A DNA stretch of 63,903 nt, counting the filler, from Intoshia linei (lineage: Eukaryota; Animalia; Orthonectida): assembly GCA_001642005.1 (NCBI GenBank). It is 4 parts of 4 records of this genome, joined end to end, with 100 filler letters (N's around TTAATTAATTAA, not from the genome) between each part and the next. Parts side by side here need not be neighbours in the genome. Positions count along the whole stretch, not along the records: positions 1 to 5,216 come from LWCA01001813.1; positions 5,317 to 25,876 come from LWCA01000685.1; 2 more parts are not named here. One strand, given 5' to 3'. The notes below the pieces were generated by a model. The model was not told the DNA's origin. It searched no databases and saw only the letters and a list, made by a program, of their open reading frames with translations. Within the stretch, counting starts at the first letter, position 1. Each line of letters opens with the position of its first letter. Positions 1 to 13,600 of the stretch are shown here, piece by piece. A program made the translations under genes and the position numbers.

Positions 1-760
1 TGAAACACCGTGGTTTGGCACTTTTTCCAATGAATAACGGTTTGATTTTTTCACAATATAGTGCAGTTTCTTTGAAAATATGAAAGAAATTATCAATATT
101 ATTTTGACTAAATGATGCTTTTGTACCAAACGTTTTATAGGATATATCATACCTACGTTTGAATGACCTTAGCCATCCATCACTGGCTTTGAACTTTTTT
201 AATCCACCACAATCTTCGCTGTTCATTACCTTTTTTTAAAATCTTTGCTTGTTCTTTTATTATGTATCCACTCACTAGAATGTTATTTCTGAGATTAGAG
301 AATTTACTGATCAGAACTGTATTAAAGTTTACATTATCTAAGCTAATAATGCGTTTACTGTTATTTTTATTTCCAATAAATATGTTTCTATTAAATTGTA
401 GTTAAGAATCTTTTCTTCGTTCTTTTTAATATCTGAAACAGTTAACGATGCAAGACCATACTTTTCACAGACAAATTTTTGTTATGTATTTTGATATCAT
501 TCAAAATTTGTTTTTTTTGTTGTAGAGAAAATCATTTTTTAATTTTAATTATTGTCAGTGTATAAATCGTATGGAGAGCGAAAATAAGATAATTTGCGTA
601 TTTAAAGATATGATTAGAACCGAAAAAGCTTTTATTAATTATAATATAATTTTAAGTTAAAATTTAACGGAATTTTTGTACTTAAGAAAAATTCACAATC
701 CGTTAATCAGGATTTTTTTTCCGTTGACGAGGAATTTCGTTAACGCGGAATTAGCCTGTA
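1..760 (-). mobile_element. pogo/Tigger-type DNA transposon, decayed 5' part (CENP-B-like HTH)
   Basis: Minus strand encodes FKASDGWLRSFKRRYDI (CENP-B HTH motif FxASxGWLxxFKxR) with frameshifts and stops nearby; terminus TA|CAGGCTAATTCCGCGTTAAC on the minus strand at ~740-760. Confidence 0.7.
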
Positions 761-1408
761 TTTCTAATAAAATCATCAAAATTTATTCAAAACTGACACT
801 ATATTTTATATTTCTACTTCGTTTTTGGAAAAATTTGTGGTTCTTTTGTATTTTTGTAAAGCTATTTCGGCTGCACCATTCACAATTGGAGCAATACATA
901 TATTTATACTAATTACGAAATATTCTCATACTTTCCTATAGCTGCTCGAACTATACCTTTAAGATGAAATGATTGAGTAGCCATCATTTCACAAACTTGC
1001 AACATTTCTTTGTGATTTTTAGAAGCAACCTTGGATCTCCACCGTTTAACCAATATATTATATTAATATACAATATATTAATTTTCACAGGGAAGATAGA
1101 TAATAGACTATAGATTATATTGTGGTTTTTTTGTGAAATGTCATCATTTTTTTGATTTTTTGATCATAAATAAATTGCCCTATTAATAATAATTAACTGT
1201 AAGCTAAGATATAAATAAAAATTTTTACTTAGAAATTCTATTGTAATAAATTGATATACAAATCAAACACATGGCTAGTGAAATATTTTACTAAATTTAT
1301 CGTGGGATTTTTAAGTGTGTACAATCGAATTAGTACTGTATTGGAAAACAAATGAATATTTTAAAAAAGTAAAATTTAATCGACAATCACTAGGACCAAC
1401 AAAAGTAT

Positions 1409-4400
1409 CTATAAATGTATTGAGCTTAATTTAACGTGTCTTTTGGTGATAGTATCTTCATACATATACTCCATTGGAATAGATGCATTGCTGTGAATTA
1501 CATTTTCTATACATGTCTTGAGATGAATTATCGTTTTTCTATTAATTACATAATTTTTTAACTAAAATCACTTACTTTGTAATATTTCTACAATACAAAG
1601 CTATTAAAGTGTGTAATTTTCTGCATTTATTTGGTAATTGTTTCAAGTATTTGTCTCTAAAAGTATTAATTAAATTTAATAAAAAACTGAACACGATAAT
1701 TACGTTATATACAATGAACCGGATATGTTGATAACTTGAATATAGTGGCATACGCCTGCTAGATATTGAATACTGAGATTGGTTAACTAAATAAAACTTA
1801 ATAATTTGATACATGGGATTTTTATGTATAATTTACGACTTTTAAAAAACCGAAAAAGATAGGATTACAAAATTACCTGTTTACAGCCTGCCAAATTTAT
1901 GACAGTTAACATTCTACATGAAAATGCTACATTTTTAATTGAAACATCTGTTACATTCTAAATATATATATACATATATTCAAGTAAATTAGGGAACGTT
2001 TAACCAGTTTCGATGTGTTAAACAAATTTTTTACAAATAGCAACCAATTGTCAATAATAAAAGAGAAATAAAATAATACCATGCAATGAGATATATCCAA
2101 TTTTTCTAAAACTTCCATTTGTTTCGAAAATTTCTGTACTCCTAAATCTGTGATTTCACTACAGAATGAAATATTCATATCACATAGCATTTTATTATTG
2201 GACATTTTAGATAAACACTACACAAATATTAAAATCAAGGTTTAACAAAATGGGACTCTGAAATGTATGGTACTTGGGAAACCAACCCACTCAGTGAAAT
2301 TTAAAAATCTACACTATTTGAGGCAAATTAATTTTTAATATTTTTCTGACATTATAAAAATTATTGAATGGATGAATAAGGATGATAGCTAACGAATTAT
2401 CCTAACAATATTCTGATATTATTAATTTTGATATAATTTAAGCCATCTCTGATTTGCATTTAAAAAACGCTAATCTAATTAATAGATTTAATTTTAAATA
2501 ACCTGATCTGTAATATTGCAGGAATTTAAATCAATTGAAGACAAAGTGCTGCTTAGCCCAAGCAATTCTATTCCAGAAATGGTAATATTTTTGCAATAAC
2601 CCAGTTTCAAGGTTTTAATTTTGTGGCATCTAAAGAAATTTGATACAGTTTATATGGAAATTTGTATACTTTTTGTTTATATTCATTATTGAAGTATCTC
2701 CAATTTTATAACACCCTGCCAAAATCAAAGTCACTAATTTACTACTACTACTTCCATCAACAATAGATTTTACTCCATTGTCTGTTATCCTATCAAATAA
2801 TTAGTGGAAATTTAAAATATTGAAAAAATTACTTGACACAATCCGATAAATTAATATATACTAGGTTTTTAAAAGAAGAAATTAATTTAACTCCAGCATC
2901 AGTAATATTGATGCAATCAACAATGTATAAATGGGTTAAAATATGTAATGAACCGTATTGTAAATAATGAAAAACTTTATCTTTGAGAGCATAATTTCCT
3001 AGAAACAAATGTAAATTTTTTTTTAATCAATAAAAACCTTCAATTTCAAGTTTACGTAGTGATGCACATGATTTTGATAAATTATAAAATGTCTTTTCGG
3101 TTATTATTGGCCAATAGTCATCTATATTGATACACATGTATTTAGTACAATATATCATTAATTAAATTTATCATGGACCAAATTGATGAAACGGACCGAT
3201 AACCCACCCATCCTTAAATGACATGAGGATATCGGTATCGTTTCATCGACTAGTTTAAACGTGATTTTCGTTTCCACCCATTTGATAAATTGAAAAACTA
3301 TGAAATATTTTACATAGCACAAACACCCTAATTAGAATTAAATTGATAAGAATGAAACCTTTTAAATTTGGCATTGAATCGCTGTCATTTATCAAACTAA
3401 TATTTTTAAGGTTTTTGCATTTTCGTAAAAATTTCTACTTGTAATAATAGTGAAAATATAAATAAATTAAGATTGGAATTACCTCAATATGCCTATCAGA
3501 TAATCGAGGTAAATGATTAATGATTAAACTTTCCAAACTTGTATCTTGGTGAGATAAACCGTTTAACCCAGTTTCAGTTATTTGACAACACCCAGCAATA
3601 TCCAAATACAAAATTTTGTAAAAATTTGAACATATCCCATAATATTCTAATGAAGTGTCATCAAAATTTCGACAAAAAGATAGAGATAAATACAAAATAT
3701 TTTTTAAATTACTAAACTTTTCAATCAAAATTAAAATTCATTAATATTTATAAATTTACTTGGCTATAGATCGGATAGAATTGTTACCAATATTGGTATA
3801 AGAAATGTTCAAATATATTAAAATTTTACACCCTTTGCATATTTGTTCTATAGCTTGGTCCTAATCATTTTTTTATTTTTCAATCAAAATTTAAAACATT
3901 ATTAGGATTGGGAAGTTGTTGTTCATAAGATTTAGTGAAATCTGGTTTTTCAAAAAAATATTCGAAAAAGGTGATTTTTCATTTACATTTTCAAAAAAAT
4001 TTAAAACAAACATAGACAAATGTTACTAGAGCAGTGTTTCCCAACCGTGGGCCAGGCCCCACTGGGGGCATGACGAAATTTTTAGTGAAACATTGGAAAT
4101 TTGGTGGGTCCTACAACTTTTTGGTGGGACCTGGGAAATATTACAAATTTATAGGAATATGAAAACTTTAGATTAATTTTATACAATATTCTCAGGTTTA
4201 TAAGTGGTTATGTGATACTTGAACCAATTAATTGTATTATTAAAATAACAAAAAACAAATATATCTGTAATGATCGTGGGCTATTCAATTCAAATTAAAC
4301 TAAATTGATAAATATATGCAAAATTATCCGACTTTAACTATTTTTGCTAGGATTGCTTTGTTGCCATTTCCATCCTCTTATTTAGCAGAATGCGGGTTTA

Positions 4401-5216
4401 GTGCAGTTTTAGACTTATTGACAAAAAAATAAATAGACTACAAATTTCAAAAAGGGAGATCTATGATTAAAGCTTACAACATTAGTACCTAATATTAATA
4501 AACTCTGTCAGAATCGTCAGGCTCAATCGTCTCATTAAGTCTAAAAAATAAATACATTATTATTGTTTTTATCATTATTCTATTATAATTCGCTCGAATT
4601 TTTTTAGAGGGGCCTGGGAATTTTTTAAGAGTAAAAGTGGGGCCTAACATAAAAAAGATTGGCAAACACTGTACTAGAGCAAAACAACAGAACAACAAAA
4701 AGTTAACAAAACAAAATAGATCATAATATAAGTGTTGGAAAACAGGAAAACGTTTTGGATTGGAAATATTAGAAATATATATACCTTAGAAATATTTGAA
4801 GATAAACACATCAAAATTAATAAAAATTATATTACATTTATCGATAAACAACGACTCAAGTTCAAATCTTGAATGTTTTTGCACTGGTTTAAATAACTAA
4901 ACGTTTTAATGGTAAGTTTATTACATCCTCTGAAATTTAAATGCAACAGAAATGGTCGTGACTTTGTAAGCAAACGATAAGCTCCATTATCGGCAATTCT
5001 ACAATATATTTATTTAAATTTTAAAAAAAAGTGAATTTTTATAAGTTTGTTTGATATATACATAATATATATACACAACAGATATAGCCAATTATCTAAC
5101 GTCTCAATATTACTGGTACGTAGAAAATCTTTGGTGGAGCGAGAACGATGACAAAAAGCACTATCTTGCTGTAGTATCATATTGGGCTCATAAATATCCC
5201 ACAATTTCGATATTAA
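1409..5216 (-). CDS. FBXL13: F-box/LRR-repeat protein 13 (dynein regulatory complex subunit 6), multi-exon, 5' end cut by contig edge
   Basis: Spliced exons give Cys-containing LRRs in FBXL13 order: RPFLLHLNFRGC..KTFSYLNQCKNIQDLNLSRC; DQAIEQICKGCKILIYLNISYTNIGNNSIR; LYLSLSFCRNFDD..ILYLDIAGCCQIT; LEKLDISHC; LTVINLAGCKQLTNLSIQYLAGVCHYI. GT-AG introns; stop TAG at 1409-1411. Confidence 0.85.
4032..4671 (+). mobile_element. hAT (Buster/Charlie-like) non-autonomous element in an FBXL13 intron
   Basis: TIRs CAGTGTTTCCCAA / TTGGCAAACACTG; perfect 8-bp TSD TACTAGAG (4024-4031, 4672-4679); internal transposase C-terminal relic LLPFPSSYLAECGFSAV. Confidence 0.93.
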
Positions 5217-5316
5217 NNNNNNNNNNNNNNNNNNNNNNNNNNNNNNNNNNNNNNNNNNNNTTAATTAATTAANNNNNNNNNNNNNNNNNNNNNNNNNNNN
5301 NNNNNNNNNNNNNNNN
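5217..5316. other. Artificial contig spacer (N-run + six-frame stop linker TTAATTAATTAA)
   Basis: Identical 100-nt construct occurs three times; genes are cut at it. Confidence 0.97.
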
Positions 5317-5596
5317 TAGACATAGAAAAGTTTTTGTCCAATAAAGAAGCGAGTTTTTATGCTAATGGTACAATAGACTACCGGAACGTTGGAAAAAGAC
5401 TGTGAAAAGCAATGGTGAATACTTTATAATATAACTTTATTTTTAATGTAATCAAATAAACTTTTTAATTTTGTTAAAAAAACGACATTACTTATGAAAC
5501 GACCTAATATATAAGATCCTGAAAATCTCAGTATAAACACTGACTACATAATAAATAATAATAATAAAAAAAGCGTTAATATTATTAATGAACAAC

Positions 5597-7079
5597 CCTT
5601 GATGAGTCATCCGGTTTTTGTCCGAGTGCGGCAATTAAAGCAAAATATGAAATAACTTTTTTAGTATTCTCCGTTTTACCAGCTCCAGATTCACCAGTTA
5701 TCAACATTGATTGATTTTCATGATCTAAATAGTTTCATCAAAAATAAAAATGCGTGGAAATATTCAAAGCCATAAAATTAATTTTTATGGATTTTTCTTA
5801 ATGATTTTGTAACCCTTTGTAAAATTAAATTATTACATACGATTATACACAATAATTGGATATGTTTTGCATTGGAGAGACACGACAGGGTCTGATATTA
5901 ATGTCAGTCGTTATTAGATGATTATGAAAAATTTTCGATACATTCGCAAAATAATAGAATATTACTACAAAAAATTTTTTGACGTAAAAAATTAAATCAT
6001 ACTATTAATTATACATCTTGTTTGAAAATTATATAATGATCAAAAGTTCTTAATTTTTCTAAATCAATTTCAATAAATCCAAATTATATTTCAGATTCCT
6101 TTAAAAAATGTAAATAAACCTCTCAGCATGTTTTGATAAGCATTATCCGCGACGGCAAAAAGATGTGGCGGCATTTCCGTTCTTTTTCTGCCCTTATATG
6201 CAGCTACTATGCTTGACGTATAGATCGGAAATCTTTTGAAAGGGTTAATTACAATGCAAAATAATCCTGAATATGTCTACATTATAATATTAATTAATTA
6301 ATAAAAAATTTTTAATACACTTTTATATATCTATTAATACACAGTTTACACACTGTTTATACTATATGTATAGCTCAGAGTCAAACCTACCTTAATGTTA
6401 TGCTTCTTAAAGATCAAAGTTGTAACAAATGCTGCGTAACACATATAACCATTAGAAACATGTCAACGGGCCTGGTCAAGCAGTTTATATTTGATATATA
6501 AAATAGTTATTATATTAAAAATTTCTTCGAGGCTTCCAGGAGCGTCTAGGCTACGGTGTATTCGGCTCTGAGTAGTTACATTATACATTTTACGATTTAA
6601 TATTTATTTTTATATAAGAATGTTAAATAAATATCACGTATATATATTCATTCACGTATCGATCATAAAGAGTTTGGAAAACACATGCTTCGTTTAACTA
6701 AATGATGAATATAAATAACAACTTCTTATATTTATAATAATATATATATTATATAATATAGTAATAACATGAGTCATATTGGCCATATCTTCAATCATGT
6801 TGTATTTTGGTGGATTCATAGGCATAATGTTATCTGAATTGATGGACAAGTTCTATTATTTCAAAGTAATCAAAAAAAAATATTATTTACCTCCTTATTT
6901 TCTGTTACAACGTGCGAGATATTTCCGTCAACAGATTCTATAACAACTTTTAAAAAACCATGTTCAATATGCGGTATAAATCCACACTTTTTCCCGTCAT
7001 AGTTTTGTGACAAGGAAATTGCTTTATTTCGATCCAAAACTAAGTATTGTGCCCCAGGATCATCCTGTCTTATTGCCAT
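5597..7079 (-). CDS. Mhc: Myosin II heavy chain (muscle type), first exons of SH3-like and motor domains; 3' end cut by contig edge
   Basis: [23 protein letters not shown]; [24 protein letters not shown]; [39 protein letters not shown]; [26 protein letters not shown] (P-loop). Confidence 0.95.
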
Positions 7080-8989
7080 AATGTTATTCACTTTTATTTG
7101 AAAGTTTAAAGTTTAAATGAGGAAAATTAAATGTTTTTAATGTAATTTATTATTCAAAGAAATGGAATTTAAATAACTATCAAAATATATGCATTATTGT
7201 AGCATTATGTTTCAGTTATTTCTTGCAGTATTTAATTTAGATTGAAATGGTCATATCAAGTCATTAAAATTTATCAACATGATATGTACAATGTTTCAAA
7301 TTTAATATTTAAAACATTTGCCAATAATTTGTAACTTAATACACTCCATAATTTTTATCAAATGTGTAATTTATATATATTATATTTGCAAGCGTTCGTT
7401 GTGTAACTATTTTGATTTTCCAATCATTTTAAAGGTTATCCATTTTAGATTTAACTGATAAATACATTTATAGCATTCTTATTAGTGGCGATAAGTTAAG
7501 AGATTTTTTCATATATTTAAAAATAGATAAATACGTTTAGAACGGTTCTCTCTAAATCTCAGTCCATTCAATTAGTTTTCGGATAAATTTATCTTTATTA
7601 CCACATTAACTTGGACGAAGTATCAATAGGTCCATTTGATAATACCGAACTTATAGAATCAAGGGGAGTGTTAATATTATCGTTTCAAAATTAACATCCA
7701 ATAAGTTTCAACTCACATTACATGACATCATTACAGTTGTGTCTTATTTTCATTTTGTGTCAAATTTTGTCACATTTTGTTTCATAGTGTGTTATTTTGC
7801 TGATAAGTTTTCTAAAATTATTAAGAATTTTGTTAAAAATTATTTTCAAAAAAAAACTCGGAATGGTCAAAAAGGTAAAAATTTGCCGATTCCGATGTCA
7901 ATTCCTAAAAAAGGAACGATTCCATCGTCTTATTACTATTTATAATATTAACAGGTTGGATGGTAGATTCTGATAATATGGCTAGCCACACATATTAAAA
8001 ATTTAACTAATAACGTTTTTCTCAACCTTTTTATGACAAGGGCCACATTATATTTATATAAAATAATTTAGAACCATCGCAGACCACAATTTTTACTTTA
8101 TGGCGGGAAAATATATGAAAAAAATTTATAAAAGACCACAAAATGTCCTTTAGGATATAAGTATAGAGCAGTGTTTTCTTTTAAGGTCCCTAAATCCCTT
8201 AAGGTTGAAAACTATATGTCTACATTCGTGAGATTCAAATATATTATATTAAAATTTATCACCTTTGGTTTATTTTTATAGGAGAATTTTGAATATTTAT
8301 TACAGAGTTGCCAAATGTTGGGAATTTATCCCAAAGCCTAAACGACCGGTACATTATTATTTCAAGACCCCAATTTTATCCCATTATTAAAAAAATTTCA
8401 TAAAAAATGTCATTTAAATCCCTCTAGAAAAAATCTACTTTATTTTAAAATCAAAAATCCGATTTTTCCAAATGTTTTGAGCAACAAGTGCCTTATCCAA
8501 AACCAAACCTGTATCACTGAATTACCCCTTTTCATATCTGAAATACAGAAATCTGTCTTTCAATCTCATTAATTGATGTATTCTGTTTTTATTTCATTGC
8601 TACGCAATCTTTGATTTTTAAAAACTATACTTATGGTTGAGATAAACTAAAATATAACTATGTATACAAATTTTGTTAGCCATATTTCTTTTTTTACATA
8701 TTTTTCATGATTTATTTATTCCTGATTACAATTTTAGCATTAGTTATCCACTTATTACCTTATTATTTCTTGTTTCATTTTATTAATTAATTAAAACTGT
8801 TAGTTTGATTAGATTTGAGAAAAGATATTTTTTTGTGTGGCCCGCGTAATAATTTTTTTTGTCACATTTGGCCGCCAAGCATATTAAGTCTGACACTCCT
8901 GCTTTTGGTTTTTACGACATTTATTTTGAGTTAATAATAAATTTTATGTTTAGTTTTTGGGGCTAATTAATAGAAATTAAAAAATCTTT

Positions 8990-9265
8990 AACAACCAAAA
9001 TAAATGAGCTAGAAATGAATTTAAAAAAAATTTCTTCAAAAATCATGGTAAATGCATCAAAGGAATTACCAACATAATTAAAACTGATTAGAGATAAAAT
9101 AAAGTTATATTCTAAATTTATTCTAACATTTTTGTATTAATTTTTCAATAATTACATTTGAGGGGGTAAATTTTAACCGATTTCATTTTTTTGAGTGATA
9201 AATAAATGCTTAAAATCAAAAAAGGCATTCACATCTAAAATGGATTTTTCTAATAAAAAAAATTT
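8990..9265 (+). repeat. Unclassified interspersed repeat, second copy at ~54855-55140
   Basis: Shared blocks AAATAAATGAGCT(A/G)GAAATGAATTTAAAA, CATCAAAGGAATTA, ATAATTACATTTGAGGGGGTAAA, ATAAATGCTTAAAATCAAAA in the same order at both loci. Confidence 0.75.
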
Positions 9266-9384
9266 AACAATTTAATTATATATATATAATATGAATAAAT
9301 ATATTATATTTCAGTTTAAATTTGATTTATGGAAAACAATTATTATGTAAATTGAACATTATAACATATATAATATTATCATAT

Positions 9385-9770
9385 TAACGATTTAATTTCT
9401 CGAATTCTGGATAAATAACCAATTAACATTGTTTAAATTTTAAATTTTTGCATAATATGAATTTCATAAATTCAAAAAAATTGAGCTAGAAACAAATTTA
9501 CAAAAATGAACTGTTTAACTAAACATGGAGAACAATATTATAAAGTCGATACCACGTTTAAAGGCTCAAACGTCAATTTCCGTTAAAATAAACTTCAGTT
9601 TTAATTTCTCGATAATATTTTGACAGTGATATTTAAAATGTCAAACGCAACTCGAATAGATAGCGTTAAATGTTTTTGATTGCGAATTAGTTTTTCTATT
9701 TCAAAAATACACACTTTTAGTGCTAATTGCCCATCAAATTCTAAAATTTTGCAAAAAATATGACACCCTA
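9385..9770 (+). mobile_element. Right-hand part of the TAGGGTGTCA hAT MITE (full copy at 19942-20515)
   Basis: Near-identical to 20078-20515, ending TGACACCCTA. Confidence 0.8.
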
Positions 9771-10663
9771 ATGAATACACTTGATTGTTTTAATAATATT
9801 GATATGAATATATAAAAAGATGAAATCTGCATTTTTATGAGTTTTAGGAATAGTATTTTTAAATGATAAAAATGTCATTTTGAATTAAAATTAATGTTTT
9901 CCAATATTCATATTATTGGAAAATGGACGAATAATTCACATAATTTATTGAACATGAATATCGACTATAAATTACGTCAATAATATAAAAAAACGAAATT
10001 TGTGTATAATAATTATAATTACATGTGTAATAAATATTTTTATTTCCATATATAAAATAAATTATAATATAAATAATTGATAGGAGAATTAAAAAAATAA
10101 CTAGGACAAAAAAAACTGACATGGTAAATTTTGGTACAACTATTGATATAATACATTTACAATGTATATTTATTAATGTAGAATTATAAGTAGATAATAC
10201 CTAATCAACAACATGTGTATAATCTCTTGAATGTAGAACAAAGGATTAATAAACATATTTAGTGGACTTTGAATTATAAATATTATCAATACTAACTATA
10301 CTTGAGATGATCGGATAATTGTAAAATTGTTTGTATGTGAGCTATATAGATATTAACACTCAATTTCTTATCGTTTAAATTAATTAATCTAGTACTTGTC
10401 GCAGAGATACAAGAGAAATATTTTTTTAATTTAATATGTATTGCAATATAATGTGCAATTGACTTGATAATGGTTAGCTAATTACGATAATATCGTTATT
10501 GTGATCATAGATTAATCGATAATTATTAAATGTTTTTAAAATTCATACATTTTCTATAAATCTCAATCATCAATTTGTATTTTGTATTTTTCCTTTCAAA
10601 AAATTGAAATTCAATGTTTCAAAAAAATCTCATAACATTTATCAATTACAAATTTTTATAAAT

Positions 10664-13600
10664 ATGGAACAATTCAAAATATGTTTCATGCTACTAGTTA
10701 TTCCAACAGGTTAATTTATATTATAAAATTTAATTTATTTTTAAGTTTTCACAAACATTACATTATATATTTATTTTTTATTTTACATTGATAATATCTT
10801 AATTTAGTTTTATCTTTACAACAAGAGTACTGTTTGGGAGATATATTTGATTTAAATTGCAGAAATATGCAAAATGTACACCTTTCAGAAAATCATATTG
10901 ACGCAGATCCTTTTGATGATCACGTCATTGTCGGTTCAAAATTACATGGACTCATTAAATCGCAATCATCTAATTCATTGAGACAATTGAACAGCAATCA
11001 TCCTCACCACCATATAAATTTTACTTGGCCCACCAACAGTTCTATTTATAATATAATCATTATTAATGATGCTAAATATGGTATTATGGATGCTAATAGT
11101 AAGGTAATTCATTCATATTTTGAAAATAAAGTTAAAAAAAATTTTTGATTAGTTGATTTTTTATTTACAGTCACATTTATTCTAATTTTAATAGTGTGTT
11201 CGCAGCCCAAGATCTATACCTCTCTGCTCAACCAATGATGTCAAGGAATATCTAAACTCTAAATGTGCTGGACATGAAAAATGTTCAATTAAAATGACTA
11301 CAATAGATGAAATTTTCAAACCTTGTCAACCTTATATTAGATCTTATCTACAGTTTAATTATGATTGCATTTCAGGTAATAATTCATAATTCATCGCATA
11401 TGAATTGGTTCTACTTTCAACTGTGAGGCGCACTATTACTTAAAATACTTTAAACTAAAATCATTTAAAAAAATTAATTTGATTCAACATCGATTGAATT
11501 TTTCATTTTTGATAATTTACTTTATGCTGGGTTATTGATTACTTCCGTATCGTCATAATTAAACCTTTGATCTATAGCTATAGGTCTATAGTTTACATTA
11601 AATTGACATTGGATAAATAAATTGAGTGAATGACTTGAAGTTTTGTATAAATTATGTAAATGTATAGTTTTAATTTACTTACTGTTAAAACTTTAATTAT
11701 ATCCATGCCTAATATACTACCTAATATGTAATCCATAAATTGTATTTTTTTAATACCAATGTTTAAAGAATAATCATGGTAAATTCTGGTTGAAGGAATT
11801 ATTTTATATTAGTTACCATAGGGGTTTCCAATTAAAGCATGGGACCTAAGATCAAAAAATAAAATAAAGGTAATTTATGTACCAATTTAATGTACAAATT
11901 TTTGATTTACATTAAAAAATAATTATTCTGCCGTGACTACTGATTGAGTGCTGCCATTTTAGAATCGAAATATAGAACAGAAACACCTTTTAGAATTATC
12001 CAGACCTGATTATTTTTGAAATGAGTAGCTCAAAAATTACTTATATAAAGTAAACGTTACAACACTTGTGTGTCAGTGTTCTGATGTTTTTATTTATTAA
12101 AAAAAATGTTATTGTCAGTGGCTTTCCCAGAAATTTTAAAAAAAATTAAATCAGTTTATTGCGAGATAAAAAATAAGATAAATTTCAAATTAAAAAATTG
12201 ACACCTTCAGAGTCGAAATAATAGATACAGTGGTCGCTCCCTAAATTGAACAGTATCTAAATACATGGTAAGAATATACATTCCCGCTCTTGAACATAAA
12301 CACAATTTATTGTGATTTTTCTCATAAATTTGTTGTAATTTTTTTTTCTATATAATTTAAGAAATTTATAAGAAAACTAGCTTGGCTGTTTTGTACTACG
12401 TACAAACAGCACCTAGCTCTGCCGAGGGCACTCTTTTATTATACCAAAAAAATAAATTCACTACAACATACTACTATTACTACTACTATTAACTATTATC
12501 CATCCTTTAAAGGAGTGGTTCCCAAATTTGTTTCAAGTGGAACCGTCATATCACATTACTTTTTACTTTAAATTGAATTATTCTATCTTAATTTTTTTTG
12601 TTAAAATTTGCGTAACAAAATTTTAAAAACAATTATTATCCCATTTTTTTAATTTATTAGACAGAATGTGTGTATAATATTAAAAATAAAGTAAAAACAG
12701 TCCAATCCTAAAAATTGTCATAAATAGCATAAATTCCAAAAAAATAAAATTAGTCCAATACTAAAAATTGTCATAAAGGTGTGAGTTTTGGAAATTGAAA
12801 TTTATATTATTATATGTAAATATTGTTATAAATAGCATAAATTCCAGCAAAATAAAATTATAAAAACCTATTTTGCCATTTTCAATGTAATAATATATAT
12901 TCAGAACCAATTAAAGAAATACTTAAAAATTGATGGAAATGTGTAGACGTACAATCCACATTTTTTTTGAAATTGTAGGATCAATATTTACATTTTCAAT
13001 TTTTTATTTTAATTGATTTATTGAAAAATATTGGTTGATAATATATTAAAACTTATTTTTGAAATTCTAGGGCTGTTTTCAAAAAAAGGAAGGGAATTTG
13101 GGATTTTGGCCATGAAGATATAATTTTTTTAAATATAAATTTATGATAATGTTTATGATTTCAAAATCCGCATCAGCGTATATATTTTTTTAAATTCTCC
13201 AACTCGTTTGATTTTCAAAAGGAGGGACAACTGGGGTTTTTAACCCGTAAGATGTGAAATTGGGAGATTTAAATATATCTTAATATACGTCCCGAAAAAA
13301 ACTGTAATTGAAATATGGTCTTTAAAAAATTCTAAGAGTGCTAGTTATTTCAAAAAAGTAACACACACAGACACACAAACAAAAATCGCGTCGCATTTTA
13401 TATAAGTTAGGATGTGAGTTCTTCAATTTGAACAATTCATTTATTTTAAAATTTTGATTTTTCTCATAGATCATATATAGATTATAGATCTGATAAACAG
13501 TGTTCAATCTCTAAAATATGAACACCATCCATTTTTTTGCAGTTAGTGTTCAATTTAGAGAGCGATCACTGTAGTTGATTTTTTTTTAAATTCGTACTCA

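Noticed and set aside
5261-5272. TTAATTAATTAA palindrome repeated three times in the window
   Set aside because: Always centred in a 100-nt N spacer; a synthetic six-frame stop linker. Gene neighbourhoods across it are meaningless.
6372-6571. Structured ncRNA in a myosin intron
   Set aside because: Ends CAGAGTC../..GGCTCTG resemble the hAT MITE TIRs seen elsewhere; most likely a decayed MITE.
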